In this document: positions 45,198-59,068 of the stretch, in pieces
Layout of the letters: every line of letters begins with the position of its first letter
How positions within the stretch are numbered: the stretch's first letter is position 1
Assembly: GCA_051362555.1 (NCBI GenBank)
Contig: CM120641.1
Location: 45,948,401 to 46,012,400, forward strand
Direction: 5' to 3'
From: Lingula anatina
Lineage: Eukaryota; Animalia; Brachiopoda
Length of the DNA: 64,000 nucleotides
The notes under the pieces: model-generated
Database searches by the model: none
What the model was told of the DNA's origin: nothing
What the model saw: only the letters and a program-made list of their open reading frames with translations
Made by a program: the position numbers and the translations under genes

Positions 45198-46105
45198 AGC
45201 TAGTTTTTAAATGAAGACAGGAGGAGACTGAAAAAAGGTAGACGTATCTTACCCTCATCGTGTACAGGCACAGGTATATATGAACGTTGCAAAAGAATGG
45301 ATCATTTAACTGTGTCGTCTAAAATAGACGTCCGCCCCCACCTCGTGTGAAGTGTCTACTGACCTGTGCCAGATTAATACAATCCAAAATTTCGATGTCA
45401 CTAATCTATTGCACAAAAATTTTGCGAAAAACCAATCACGGACTCGATCGCAGTTTGCCAGGTGTGATTGGAGTATTTAAAATAAGGTATCAGTTGAGAT
45501 AAATCCTGTGTAATAAGTGTGGAGCACCTCGGGTCAACATTTATCTAGCTATGGAGTGATCTACAGTCAAATTGAACATGATGTCATAACCTGTATACAT
45601 ACAGTGTAACTATGCATACTAAGGGGAGGGGGCTTCAAAGTCAGGTTGTAGAGATACTTAGCACTGGCACCAGAATTTCATCTTATCACTCACCCTCCCC
45701 CTTGACCCAACCCACACCGTATTTCAAAGTCCTCACTGACACCTTTTTCTAAACCATAATGCACACTGTCACCGTCAGCATTGTGAAATAGCATCATCCG
45801 AAATAGAGTCTGATGTCATACGAGACTAGATAAACTGCGAGAATCCGCGTGAAGACGGGTTAATATGTATGCGATAAGAAGAGGTAGACTGTTATAGTCT
45901 GCTGTCTTTTATCTCAAAAAATAACAATAGTAATAAAATAATGAATAAAATTAATAAATCAAAATATGCATTGTATACCTTAACATAATTTTTGGACGGA
46001 GGAAATGAACATGGACTACAATCTCTGATTATTTCACAAAAAATAAATTAACATAACGAAAATTTGCGTCCCATAAAATAAGTACTAGTTGACTCTCTGC
46101 TACAC

Positions 46106-46172
<67 letters not shown>

Positions 46173-47786
46173 AAGTATTTCCCCCAGTCCTAGTCTTATC
46201 GGTCTTGTGCCTAAATACCAGTGATTTCCCACTTAAGAGCTACAAAATTGACAGACATAAAATCCACTTCAACCGGTTTAATTCAGCCAACGTAACTACG
46301 TTAAAATTAATCACCCAGAAATCCGCTCGAAAGTTGAAAAAACGCAATTTCCGTACTTTTTGTGGCATGTTTACAAATGGGAGTTGGATCTGTAACCCAA
46401 ATCTACTGAACAATAAAAAGTGTCATATTTTCCTGCACATTTCAAGATAAAGAGGGCGCTGCCAGAAAAACACGGTGTGTGCAGACGAAATATAAGCCGT
46501 AACCGAGCTGCTAATGTGTCATCTTTATGTTGAAATACATTAAGTGATAACCAATTAGGATGGATTGTGACGAATTTATTGAAGTTATTGAAAAAATTAA
46601 GAATATCAGAAAAATGGAAGTTTCCACAACATGACTTGAGGCACAAGTACCGGCGAAAAAAAGTAAAAAATAACGTAGTTTCTCAAACTAAACTGACTTA
46701 ACCGAAAGGGGTGCATTGCAACATGCGTAGTTCGGCATAACCCCTGTATTTGCCAGTGAATTCTGAAGCCATTTGCTGCCTGAAAGGTGGTAAAATTGTA
46801 AATCGATGTGGAGTTCAACGTTTGCCTCGGACCAAACTAGTTATTTATTTGCGGTAAAGCTCAGTGATAACTTAAACAGCGCTAATGTCCATGTATTTCA
46901 CGGATTAGCACGTTTGCCGAGGTCATAACTATTAATTTATGGTTTTCATTTTAATGGTCATTTTACGCTGCCCAGTACCTCACAGTAGTTTTCTGTTGGT
47001 TTATGCGAAACACGTGTGACTTTTTTTAAAAAACGAGGGTCAATTTTAGGTCGCCAAAACAGCAAACAACCTGCATATTGTTTCACTTAATTTTTTTTTC
47101 TCTAAAACAAATATTCTTATTCAGATACAAAAAATAAACACTATGAGTATAAGGTAATACTATGTGTAAAATATGTTGGATATGTATAAACTGTCATTAC
47201 AAACATCTTTTTGTTTCGCTCCTCTATCCCTGTAATCCCCCTCCCTCCCCCGTCTCATTGTTGTTGAATATGATTAGTCAAGGCACTCCTCTGCTACTTG
47301 ACAGATACCGTAATCTCATCAACAACAGTTGTGTGTGTGTGCAAACCTGTGGTATATCTGTATTCTATCATCTTCACACGTTAAGGTGTGTGTCTGTACA
47401 CATCACCTAGAGTTTTTGAGGTCACTGAGAACTCACCTCTGTTATGAGTATACATTTGTACCCAATCGTCGTTTCCAGCACCCAGCAAAGGGATGCAGAT
47501 AATGGAGACGAGTTGCCAATGATGTGTTAAACTCAGAATAATACAGGTTTATAACAATGTTTTTTTGTGACTGTGATTAATCTTATTAAAAAAGATTCTC
47601 TTGGTAAATTTGGCGGTTTACTTTCGGCATGCCTTACTTTTCTGTTGGTTTACTTTATTAAGAAGGATTAGAAAGGTCAAGGGGTCAATCTAGATAATCC
47701 TCCACGTAGCACTATTACACCATCCTTTTATGAAATCAATGGATAATTAATATGAAGACAAGCACGGACGGACGCGCTCGCCCATA

Positions 47787-47788
<2 letters not shown>

Positions 47789-47819
<31 letters not shown>
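47789..47819. repeat. (CA)n microsatellite
   Basis: Seen directly; (CT)n tracts also lie at about 10994-11029 and 59028-59062. Confidence 0.95.
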
Positions 47820-47821
<2 letters not shown>

Positions 47822-49202
47822 TAGCAATATTATATGTGAACACATGGCTGTGCATGCACGTGCGTGTACACATTTGCCCACACACACATGTGAATACTGT
47901 CAAAATGCTGATGCGTGTCTTCATGGGGGAATACACGAATAGTCTCGTGTCTGTTTCTTCTTCCTGGAGAAATGGATGTGTTTGAATTTCACAAAGCCTC
48001 GACCATCACTAACTTTCCCAATCATATTTATTATATCTTTTAGACTCTAGACTCTTTCTTGTCAGATGTGCATTCGAGGAGACTCATCCAGAGTAAATAG
48101 CATTCATTCATTCATACATGTGCATCTTCCCCAAATGTTTCATTTTGCCTAATCTTCTTTCAAATCTCAAATCTGTTTTAGTTTTGCTTACGTTTATCAG
48201 CAGACTTTCAACCCTGTTTGTTTATGCTTGTTCGTTCCTGGGTTTCGTGTTTTCACAAACTAGTGTGACTGAAGCTTAAGTAATAACTTTCATCATTGTT
48301 ACACTAGCAATGAACGAAAAGATAAGCAAAATGACTGATTTCATTTCGGAAATATTCTGAAAAAAAATCACGCATGCCATTACATGTATGTAACATTTTT
48401 ACAAGAGGATCCGGGTTCCCATTCTATTCCTTTTTATATGCACGCACGCACGTCCACACGCACACACACACGCCCCCCCCCCCCCACACACACACATTTA
48501 GTGAATAAATTCAAGAGACCCAGACTTGCTTTGCTGACACTACTCCGCTCAAATAATTCGTCCTACGTTAAGTAATTTGGAGCATTTACGTTGCACTGGA
48601 GGGGAGGGGGGAGAAAGGGTCTATAAGGTGCTGAGTTATTAGATTTTTTTGTGAGGGGTGAGGATGGAGGGGGCTCTGCATTTGAATAGATATACCTGAC
48701 AGAATGCACCCAGTGATTTAAAAAGGTGTCTGATTTGGGCTTCATGAATTAACAGAATACAGGTGACACATTTCGTGATTGGAGATTAGCCGCAGCGAAA
48801 GTGTGCTAGGCACTGCGTTGTAAGCCGTAAGATATGTGGAAAGCATAGCACGCGTGATAAATGTTTTGAGAAGGAAATACCAACTTCGGTTAATTGAATA
48901 AGTTAAGTGATTATGTGTTCCTTGTTTACGTGGTAATTAATAAAAGGGGAAAACATTCCTCAGTGCTTTTTCTTAAGTTTCGTCTGCTTGTTTTTCTTTC
49001 TTTCGCTTTTTTTTCACAGTCGTCATTTTTATCTTTTTCTCTCCCTCTCTTTTTTAAATTCCCATTTATCTTTGTCAATTTACCTATCTCATTTTCTTAA
49101 TTTTTCCATTCACATTTGACTAATATCCTTTGCCACATCGTCTTCGGCTTAAGTCTTCCGGAAACAGCCGAAGTGACGCAATCACGAACCCCGCCACTCG
49201 TG

Positions 49203-49280
49203 TATATAAAGCCTTTGCCAGCTGCAGGCAGTCGGTCCAGAAAACAGGGAACGCAGAGTAAATAGAGAGAGAACGTACAG
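49203..49280 (+). promoter_or_regulatory. SPARC core promoter and non-coding exon 1
   Basis: TATATAAA at 49203-49210, Inr-like CAGT about 26 nt downstream, and a consensus donor CAG|GTAAGT at 49281. The matching acceptor is at 51513-51514, just before the ATG. Confidence 0.7.
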
Positions 49281-51525
49281 GTAAGTGACTTAAACAGTTA
49301 AATATTGCTACCCAGTTAACTCTTAAAGTAAATACGCGTGTGCAATGCTCAAGTCGAATTTTACTCCGGGTAAATTTTGTAGTTTGCAAAGTTAATCTAT
49401 TGTTTGTCCGAGGGCCTGACCAACGCCCAGTTCATTAAGCCCGCTAGCCCTGCAACGGACGCTGGCCACTTTTTGACAACGTGTTAGAACTGACCTTTGG
49501 CAGGTAAGGGACATTCTCAATTTTCAGCAGTATTTCTGTCTTATTTACATATTTTCTAGACTTCGCAACACACGTAAACAAATCAGCTACACGTGTATTG
49601 GTCTTAACTCGGAAAGTTAATGATTCTTTTCCTAACTTCATTCAAAACACAAGGTGTTAACTGAATGAGATTGTAGAAATTACCATGCATGTTACGATCG
49701 GCGAGACGAGGTAGTTTCATTTTGGGTCACCTGAATTAAACTGCTTAGCTCAATTTTGTTACAATATTCACATTTAAGGAATTCAAAATTTAAAAAAACC
49801 CTAAGAGAGATTATGTCATTCTTTCGTCAGGAGGGTCAAAATTTCGCCGGATTTGAGCTCACGTCAGTGTTGCAAAGCTGAGCTTGCAATTCAGTATTAA
49901 AAAAAGTTAACCTTTTGAAGAGAACATTCCCATGCTCTATCATAGCTGTAATTGATGAATAGATAGACATTAAAGTTATGCATTCAGGAAAAGAAACCAA
50001 AGCGATCTGATTTAAGAGTTCTCGAGTTTTACGTTAGTGTTTACTGCAGTTTGTGGTTTGACATCGCAATAAGGTGATGTGCATGTACAGATATATAATT
50101 CAAGAGCGACTTGCACCTTCTACAATGTCTTTATTTCCAGTGCATTTTTCGATAAGATCTTTTATAAAAAAAAACAAGCTAGGAAGTTGGGTTAGTAGTT
50201 CCAGTTGATTCAAGATACCTTGTGCCAATATAAACTTCCGAATGTATTTTTCTCCGTTTTCTATATCACACGGTATCAGGGAGCATTTATTTGACTTAAA
50301 TGTAACTCTGAATTCACTCGAAACGGTTTCGGTGGCGCCGCTGCATATCTGTTTCTTTCTTTATTCATGTTTTAACAGAATATCGAATGCTTTTATTTAT
50401 TGGAAAACAAAGAAAAGTTGAGTTTTTTAGAACTAATGGGAAGCATTTGTCCCGGGTCAATGTTTTAGCTCTCTTTTCTTTAAATGTAATTAAATAAAGA
50501 CCGATGAAAGTTAGACTTGAAGTAGCCTGCGCGCATTACATTAATTCGCTATATCAATAGAAGACCATTTTCTACCTTGTATCTCTCAATTGCTATCGGA
50601 TAAAGGGAATCGGCTTTGTGAGCACATAAATGAAATAGCTGGCATAGTTTCCCACTCAATTTAGGGTGTTTTATTAGTATTCCTTTGTTTCATCTCAACC
50701 CGCTAGTATAGAAGCGACAAATAATAACTGGCACATTTTACAGCTAGACTATTAGATTGTCATAATCTAATTTAGCTGCTTTTTATTTCCTTCTCCAGCT
50801 ATTGCTCTGTTCTTTTTCCGCGCGTTTGTTCAAAACAACATTTTATTACAAGAAAAATTAAAGGAAGCGTGGTTTTAAGAAGGGGGCGGCCATGGCTTTC
50901 ATGTGAAATGTTTTGCAAATTAGTAAGCGGATTTCTGTCCTCATTGTTCATTCATCCAAATGAATATTGTAATTTGAAAAAGAAAAACATTCTAAGATAT
51001 GAGAATGCAAAATTATCATCAGATATTTTTCAGATATAAACGTTTCTGGGGGCTTACACACGTTGCACTGTGCACTGGGTTTTTCATCATTTAAAAAAAT
51101 AAAAATGAAGTGAGTGCATTATTGAAAGAAAATCTTGTCAGACCATCTGGTTTGCCAGCGTGGGGAAAAGTCGAAGATGGCGACTTTGTCCGGAAATAGT
51201 AAACAAGACCGCTATCATTTTTGGAAGACACAAAGCCTCACATTCAGTAGTAGCAGTAGTAGTATAGTTGTAGTATGGGTTGAATTACGATTGAAACCAG
51301 ACACTGTTCTCGGTCAGGAAACAACAGATGGACTGTGACTGGCAGACTGCCAGACAGACAACTTAATCGCAAAGATTGTGTACTAATAAACTGACTGAGT
51401 GGCGTAACGCGAGACGTTCATTGCATAACATTCTCTATTAGAGACGCAGGGGGGCCGATATAAATTGGGCATAACAGATTAAAAGGGGAATATTAATTTG
51501 TTTATTTTTTTCAGAGGAACGCAAG

Positions 51526-54231
51526 ATGGCAGGGAAGACACTTGTGGCCTTTGCCGCCCTGCTTTTGGCCGCGACATGCGTCTTGGCAGAGGTAAGACAG
51601 TCCATCCATCATTGAGCAAAACCATGTATACGACTGATGTCAAATTTTATATGAGATAAGCCGGAGACATATGGAAACAGAGAAGAAGACATTTCCGTTT
51701 TCATATGCCTGTAAGGATATTTCAGGATTGAATGATAGTGACGCGTACGTAGTTTAAAATAACCCCTGAGCGTACAACAGATCATAACAATGAGTAAACA
51801 TCTACGTTACGATGCAAACGTTTGCTAACGGACTTAGAGAATACAATACTGTGCCATATCTCAAACTACAGAGTCTCATAAAAAGATAAGTAAACGTATA
51901 AATAAGGATAAGCTGAGGTCAGAAACGTGGTGTCAAAGTGTAAATAATTAAGTATTCTGTTCACAATTGGTATTTACTTTTTCAATGGTTTTGGGTAATA
52001 CCAGGTGCCAAAAATTGGGAAAATGCCATTCCGGCTGTACGTGTAAATTCACACAGCACTTTTGGGTCAGAGTAACGGCTGGAGTAATTGGCTTAAGGTT
52101 TCCGGTTGCCAAGGCAACTGATCACTAGATGCCAGAGATGCAACCGTGCAATATAAGATACAGTACAGTGGTTTACTCTTTTTATTTTACCAGTGTTTTC
52201 TGGCAACATTTTAAGAAAATACACCCATGTGTGTAGCATTTCTCATATGAATCATTGAATTGCCGGCGACGCACGGCGTCCACATGGGCACTACCGCGAG
52301 CATTTGTTGTTAAAAGAACACTCCATGCTGTTTTCTTGTTTCTGTCCAAAATTGTGTTTTCTTGTCTGAGTCAAAAGTTTTCTTTGGCAGGAATTTCCTT
52401 AGTGTCTTATATCCAGTCTGGGTCGAAAAAAGGGAGACATTAGATCCCATTAGATCCCACTATAAAAATAGGGTCAGTATGTCCTGACCACTGAATCAGA
52501 ACGGTGATCACAGTATCTCAATCAAATCTTTTTGCATTCAAACATACACATCGAGGTGCTGCAGTATTATTTTAATGTAAATTTTTACTGCACCACGCCA
52601 TTCTTTTTTCATCTCCTCGCTGTGGTTAACGGAGGTTGGCCCTAATAGGCAATAACCATTATTAATGGAAAACAACAGTCAGTGGAAAACTGGAATTTGG
52701 TTCTTTTCCAACAACATCGCGTTAAACTGACTTTGCATGTATTTTGTTTGAAGTCTGAAAAAGGAACTAATAATCGGATTCGACGTGGCGATGTCCTATA
52801 AATAGCTGGCTCGCTCTGGATCACTTCTAATCAGTTTTAACACCTGAACGCTTCGCCAACTGTAATCAAATTACATCAGGTACCCAACATTAAAATATAA
52901 GAGGTCAGAGTTCATGTCGTCCTCGCCAATGGCAGAGGTCCCCACTGAACTTTTCCCCCAAATTGTAGAAAAAAGACACACCATCCCTTTGTTCCTCTGT
53001 CAAAGAGTTCTGCAACTGATTAAGTTAGACATTTTTACTTTTTTTTTCCAGAAGCCGGACACGGAGGAGGATTTAGAAGCCACCAACGAGAAGAACCTTT
53101 TGGAGGCAAAGAGTAAGTAATATTGTTGGTAACAAGATCCTCAGAGGTACCCTAGTTTTCAGAGATTACTGGTTATATATAGTAAGTGGAAAAAGAAGTT
53201 ACATGCTGATACATGTAAGAGAGGTGGGTTTCCGGTAATATCAAAACCCAGGGTGTCAAAAAGATGACCGTGGAGCGATATTGACGTGGATTGGTGAAAG
53301 AAAATGATTTCGATTGGATTGCCATTAATTTGGGTGTTTACACCCTGAGTTTGTTGGGAACTCATTTATTAAGGTAGTACATTCAACGACTCCTACGAAG
53401 TGGTCAAGCATATCTGGACAGGGAAAATCGCAAAACTCAGGGTGATGGAAAATTACCTTTGAAGGAACTCATGCTTCCAACCTGTCCAGTTTTCCAAAAG
53501 TTTGACATAAAAACCGGTACCGTGGAGATGTACTTAAATAATTTGTCAAGTCTTTGTAAAGAAAGTTGGTAGAAAAGGCTGCTGGTAGAAATAGCTGTAG
53601 ATTACGTTACCACATGTATTGGCAATAATTTGATGTTACGCAGTAAATATTTCCTTTACCGTGCGAACGCACAAAATTGAGCTCAATATAGCCCAAGGCC
53701 GACACCGCCAACTCCTGCAGCTTTTCCTGTGGCTTTTGCTTGTTTTCCAGTCGCCGATGCCTGCCGAGAAAAGAAATGTAAACTCGGTCACGAGTGCACG
53801 TTGGACGAGGACGGACATCGGATCTGTGTGTGCGCGTCTAAGTGCCACGAGCTCAAACCATTAAAGGTTGGTATATGCAGGTGGATGGGTTGGATTTCGC
53901 TAATCCTGCAAGAGAAAAAATAAAGAAGCCTCTTCTCAACAGATCTGCGAAGCAATGCCACTTCTGGTCCTCATGATCTAATGAATAGCTAGGCCCTTGG
54001 TCTCCCAAGAGAAAAAGTATTAGTTTTTTCCATAGCATTAAGTCTGATGACTCTTTATGATTCTGAAGCCAAAGTTTTTGTTCGTGTCCGGATTCACCTA
54101 CTAAAATGTAAAAGAAAGTAGCATGAAGGATGTTAAGTTTTTGGATTGTCAAATTTTATGGTATTTTTCGAATCTAAATGTTGACTATTGTAGTCTAATC
54201 GTTTTAACTTTTAAACCGATATTAAAAACTC

Positions 54232-54281
<50 letters not shown>

Positions 54282-57200
54282 TTTAGGTGTGCAGCACCCA
54301 AAACGAGACGTTTCCCAGCGAGTGTGACTTGGACCGCGAGAGGTGTCTGTGTCACCGAGGACAGGAAGGGTGTCAGAATAAGGAACACAAGAAAGCCCAT
54401 CTGGACTATTATGGGGAATGCAAAGGTAAAATTGAGAATTTTGCAAGAGGCATTGTGATTAATGTTGCCCTTTCAATCACGATATTGCAGTCGATGAAAA
54501 CTGAACGCGTTCACTATTCACTTAAAACATTATGCGCGTAAGATTTAAGGGGTCATAACAAATGGATTTTAGAATACTAACATCTAAATAGGATGAGGTG
54601 TGATATAAGCTGTAATCAATTTAGATATCCGCTACCACTGGTCATTTAACGTGACTTTATATTAGATACATATCTATTTGTGTTACGTCACGTTCTTCCT
54701 CACCTGTTAATGAAAATACCAAATTATCTGATAATCTTCTGAACTTCCTCTGAACTTTATTCATTTCTTGATCCAATGATATGAGTTCTATCAGGTTGCC
54801 TTAGACAACCTCGGTTTTCGTCGACGTGCCAAGGATTTAGCGTTTGGATTGAACTTGACGGGTAGAGCTCAAAATCACGTGTAACAGCGTATCAAGCCAC
54901 TGACCCTCGGAACATCTTCCAGACGAGGAATCTTAATCTGGCACCCGAGCCTGGGTTTGATTAAAATTGTATTATAAGGAAAACAGTGCCAATGCTGTGA
55001 GTTTCAGAAATTTTAACGGTATGTCTTGTGTTAGGGTATGTCACAGTTTGGACTCTACAAAAGTCCTAAAAGTCGGTCAACGGATATCAATTAAACCAAA
55101 TTTGATCGAAATTCCTCCTCTTGCACCAGCACCTGGATATAACTGAATTATGTGCAATAAAGCAAACATCGGAACATCGGTAAAACCCTACCGTAACGGT
55201 ACACCCTGCAGAACCCTAATACAGCAGTATCCTATGCAGATCTGTTGCCAGGAACCCTTTGTTTTAGAAGTCAATGGAAACTTCCCTCGTTATCAGCATG
55301 CAGGAGACTTTCCAGTGGTCTCTGAAACTCAGAAGGGGTCCAGGGGCATCGAACTAACCATCATTGTAATCAGCTGAATATCAAACAGAGAAACAGGTAG
55401 GATGTGCGATACATCACTATGAAAACAACGGACACAGTAGGTGTATGGATCGGGTTCTTCTTGACCGCAGAACTTCACTGTTGGTACAGGAGAAGGTGAA
55501 AGACTCACAAGTGGAGGGTAACTAAACCCCACTGTATGGTACCTAGCAGGTATGCTGATATTTGGGATGTGGTTTCTGCGGACTATAAAATTTAGGGTAT
55601 TCAGATATTATCTTTTTTTAAGTTGAAAAATTGGGGAAAATATCACAACTGTAACTTAGTCACAACCAATATGAACGTTCTTTTGCAAAGAAAAAAAAGA
55701 GGAACTGACTTGCCACATGTCAGTGAATTATTCATTCAAATTAATACGGAATGTTCATTGGACATTTTGCAAATTAATTATTTTCTGCAAGCAAGTGATA
55801 TAAACCCATGTTTGTCATTAAAATTTTCAAAATACCTCTACCTATGATTCAGCATAAATTTTACAAAAATAACAAAAAAAAAAAAAAAATTAACGGGAAT
55901 TCTTAGTAAATTTTATATGCAGTACACTGGTAAATAAGTATTAATGCTTAAGCGCTACCCATCATTATAAACAGACCAGGCATCTGTATCAATTCAAGTG
56001 AATGAAAAATTTGGGCACAGCAGGTTAGGAAGACCTCTAGGAAACGGACGGTTCATAGATCACTGATAGTAATCTCAGCAATCTTCTCCAGCTGAGATGT
56101 CTGGTTAATAAGATCCCCCGGAGGAAGGAAGACTGCGTGAAAGCGGATGAAGTCTTTCTCCGTCTTCATCCAGGCTTCTCTTTTGGCCGTGTACGTTGTG
56201 TGACGTGCAGTAACACCTTGAAAATTATTTTTATTTATCTATTTATTGATTTTTACTCATGTATTATCATTATCTAATCTATTTTTATTTATAAAATTAT
56301 TAATTTATTACAAATTAGAGTTGCTATTTTTCTTAATTTTGCCATCACATTTCCTTTTGTAAAGATATGTCAGTTGATTACGACCCTATGTTTATTTCCC
56401 TGCCGTCACCTTTGAATTTTATTCAGAACAAATACGTACCTCCTAGAAGTTAATATCCTCGTCTTATTTGACCCTTTTTTCATTTCTTACATTATACGGT
56501 GCGCTTTATCTTGTGGTATATCAAGTGCGAGAGAGGCCATTATTAAAGCATTTTTGAATGTTAGATCTGGGTGGAGAATAAGGCTTTTATTATTTTTAAC
56601 TGTTTGTTAGGCCCCATTCAGAATAGGGGACTAACTAGTCCGAGGGTCAAATATGGCGACCCACTACAAAGCTTGCCGTCTAATCCGCTATTAGACACCG
56701 AATAGATATCCGGTGGGGAAGTATTCAAGTGGGTCGGCCATATTTGACCCTCGGACTAGTTAGTCCCCTATTCTGAACGGGGCCTTAATGTTGCTGACTT
56801 TACATTTCAGACATCCCGGAGTGTACGGAGGGACAGATGCGTAGTTTCTCCAGACGTATGAGCGAGTGGCTGTTCCAAGTTATGAAGGAACTGGTAAGTT
56901 TGCGGAGAAAACACACGGAAGAGGTGGAGAGAGTGTGTGGCATTAGACAGACAGATAGATAGATAGATAGATAGAGGCAGTATAGATTTTAAGGAGCTGA
57001 TACGAATAGAAGCCTTCAGACTATAAAGAAACGACGTACAGTTCTAGATAATGAACCGTCGCCGTTATGATGATGAAAAAATGATAATGATACATTGTAG
57101 ACATAGGCTGCTTTGTTCATCTAATGACCTATTGGCCTTAAAAAGCTATCGCATACTACAAACCAGCAGTTAACTAGTATTAACCCTTATATACCAAAGA

Positions 57201-59024
57201 AAGCAGAACTTACTGGCGCCAAACTAAAGGAATAAACAGAGCCCGAAATGCAACGGAAAGCAGATTTTCCCGTCGTATTTACAATGACTAATCGTGAAGT
57301 ACATATTTATCCTCGAAACATATACGTGACTTTGGGTGAGATATGAGCGGCGGATCAAAGAGGACCAAAAATAACTTGCTAATGGCATTAAATTGAGCGA
57401 GCGGCTGGTGGTGTAAAATAGTTCGCGAACCCAGCTCTCATCTTCTACGAAATGATTTACACATCGAGTTTCACTCTATTTTATTGTCAAACCCAGGAAA
57501 GGGCGCCAAAAACTTAAAAAAATGTCGAATCCACCCCTTCCCCCACTTCCCTACCCCCACCCCACCCCAAATAAAAAAGAAGGAAAGAAAAAAAGTCAAC
57601 AAGAATCAATAATCCACGAAATAATGTTTCATATGGTTTTTAAATATTTCCAGTTGCACCAGCAATTTGAAAAAATGGTCAGCAGTTTGGTTAGATCGGC
57701 GGTTCTACATTTGCATGTGCTGTTTACATATGTTCAAGGGGGTGGGGTGGCAAGTGATGAGCTGAAGGATCAATGCATGAGTCTGGAACAAAAGTCATGA
57801 AAGGGGCACTGGGGTAGGACGCGTCATGGTTTTTCGTGATATTTTTAGAAATAAATTATACCTGCTTTTGTTTTTTAGTATAGTAGGCTCTGCCTATTGA
57901 AATCATTCTTAGCCTAGTGTTTAAGAAAACATTGAATGACCTTTCCAAGAACACGGTCTGTGCCAGGGTAATTGAGAGGCCAGACTTGAATTAAAATGAA
58001 TTTTGAAAGGCGAGAAATCCAGGCGGAGAAAAGGGTACATACAATTTTGCAAGGCCTATTGCAAGGAATATTTTTGCCCTTTCACATTATCCTATGTCGT
58101 AGAGTGTATTTGTGTTAAGACGAGCATTCTATATTGAATGGTGGCAAGGTAGTGTATATTTGAACGGAGAGTGGAGTGACTTATGTGGATGTATAGTATG
58201 TTTAATTTATAGATGCAATCAGTGTCCCTATGTGACACGTTGAAGACCTCAAACCCTTTCTAGGTACTTCTGCCGGTGTCAGCGTCCATGTTTGTCTTAC
58301 CAAAGAAGTAAATCGCTACTGACCTGGTCCTACCAAATCCAGTGAGGCTCGCGCTTGATGTATAAACTGTCTCCAAACCTCACCCAATTTTAGTTTCACT
58401 TATCCGTCGTGCAATTTCTGTACAGAACTGTGCAAGTCAGTGTTAACAAGCCGTTATCAACTATCCTGTCCCATGACAGACTTGATGTATTGTTCCAAGG
58501 GACAGCAGTGAATCGTAGGGTTCTTCTTCTTCGGTATGTTTCTTTTACTGGAAAACTCATATGGTGATCCATTTCAACAACCACACTTGTATCATTTTTA
58601 GCTTTTATTTCTATAACAAAACCAAAACACAAGGTGTGTACTTTAGGTTGGAGTAATAACAATAAATAAGATAATTGGAGAATCAACAGCCTTGTCTTCA
58701 GTATTGACCTCGTAAAATCCCGAGTTAAGGATCCTCAGACATTTTTAAACACAAAGAAACAAGAATAACTTTAGGTAGTAATAATAAAACGGTTGGAAAG
58801 ATCTTAATCTGTTTGTTGAATTGGTTATGTGAAGGGAAACTACTACTGAAGAAAGGAAGATCCTCCACCCATAAAGCTGTGCTGTGCCAACGTAAGACTC
58901 ATTGAATTACATTGTAACATTGTAACCCGGCTTGTGTCTTCGCTGCGGTATATTTATAATTTCAAGTTAACTGGAGCATACTTCTACCACAGCCATAAAT
59001 ATCCCTTTTGCGATTTGTCCCAAA

Positions 59025-59068
<44 letters not shown>

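Noticed and set aside
46230-46900. CpG-rich stretch that looks like a DNA transposon remnant (similar impression at 42240-42530)
   Set aside because: I could not find convincing TIRs, a TSD or a transposase frame.
54840-54960. tRNA/SINE-like B-box fragment
   Set aside because: No cloverleaf or matching A box was found; too fragmentary to call.
55329-55532. FCG...FHSD peptide suggesting a CUB-domain fragment
   Set aside because: Motif spacing is too short and other CUB residues are missing. Kept only as a possible antisense exon.
57654-57800. In-frame alternative terminal exon for SPARC (LHQQFEKMV...)
   Set aside because: There is an AG in the right phase, but the peptide has no EC-domain similarity and nothing else supports it.
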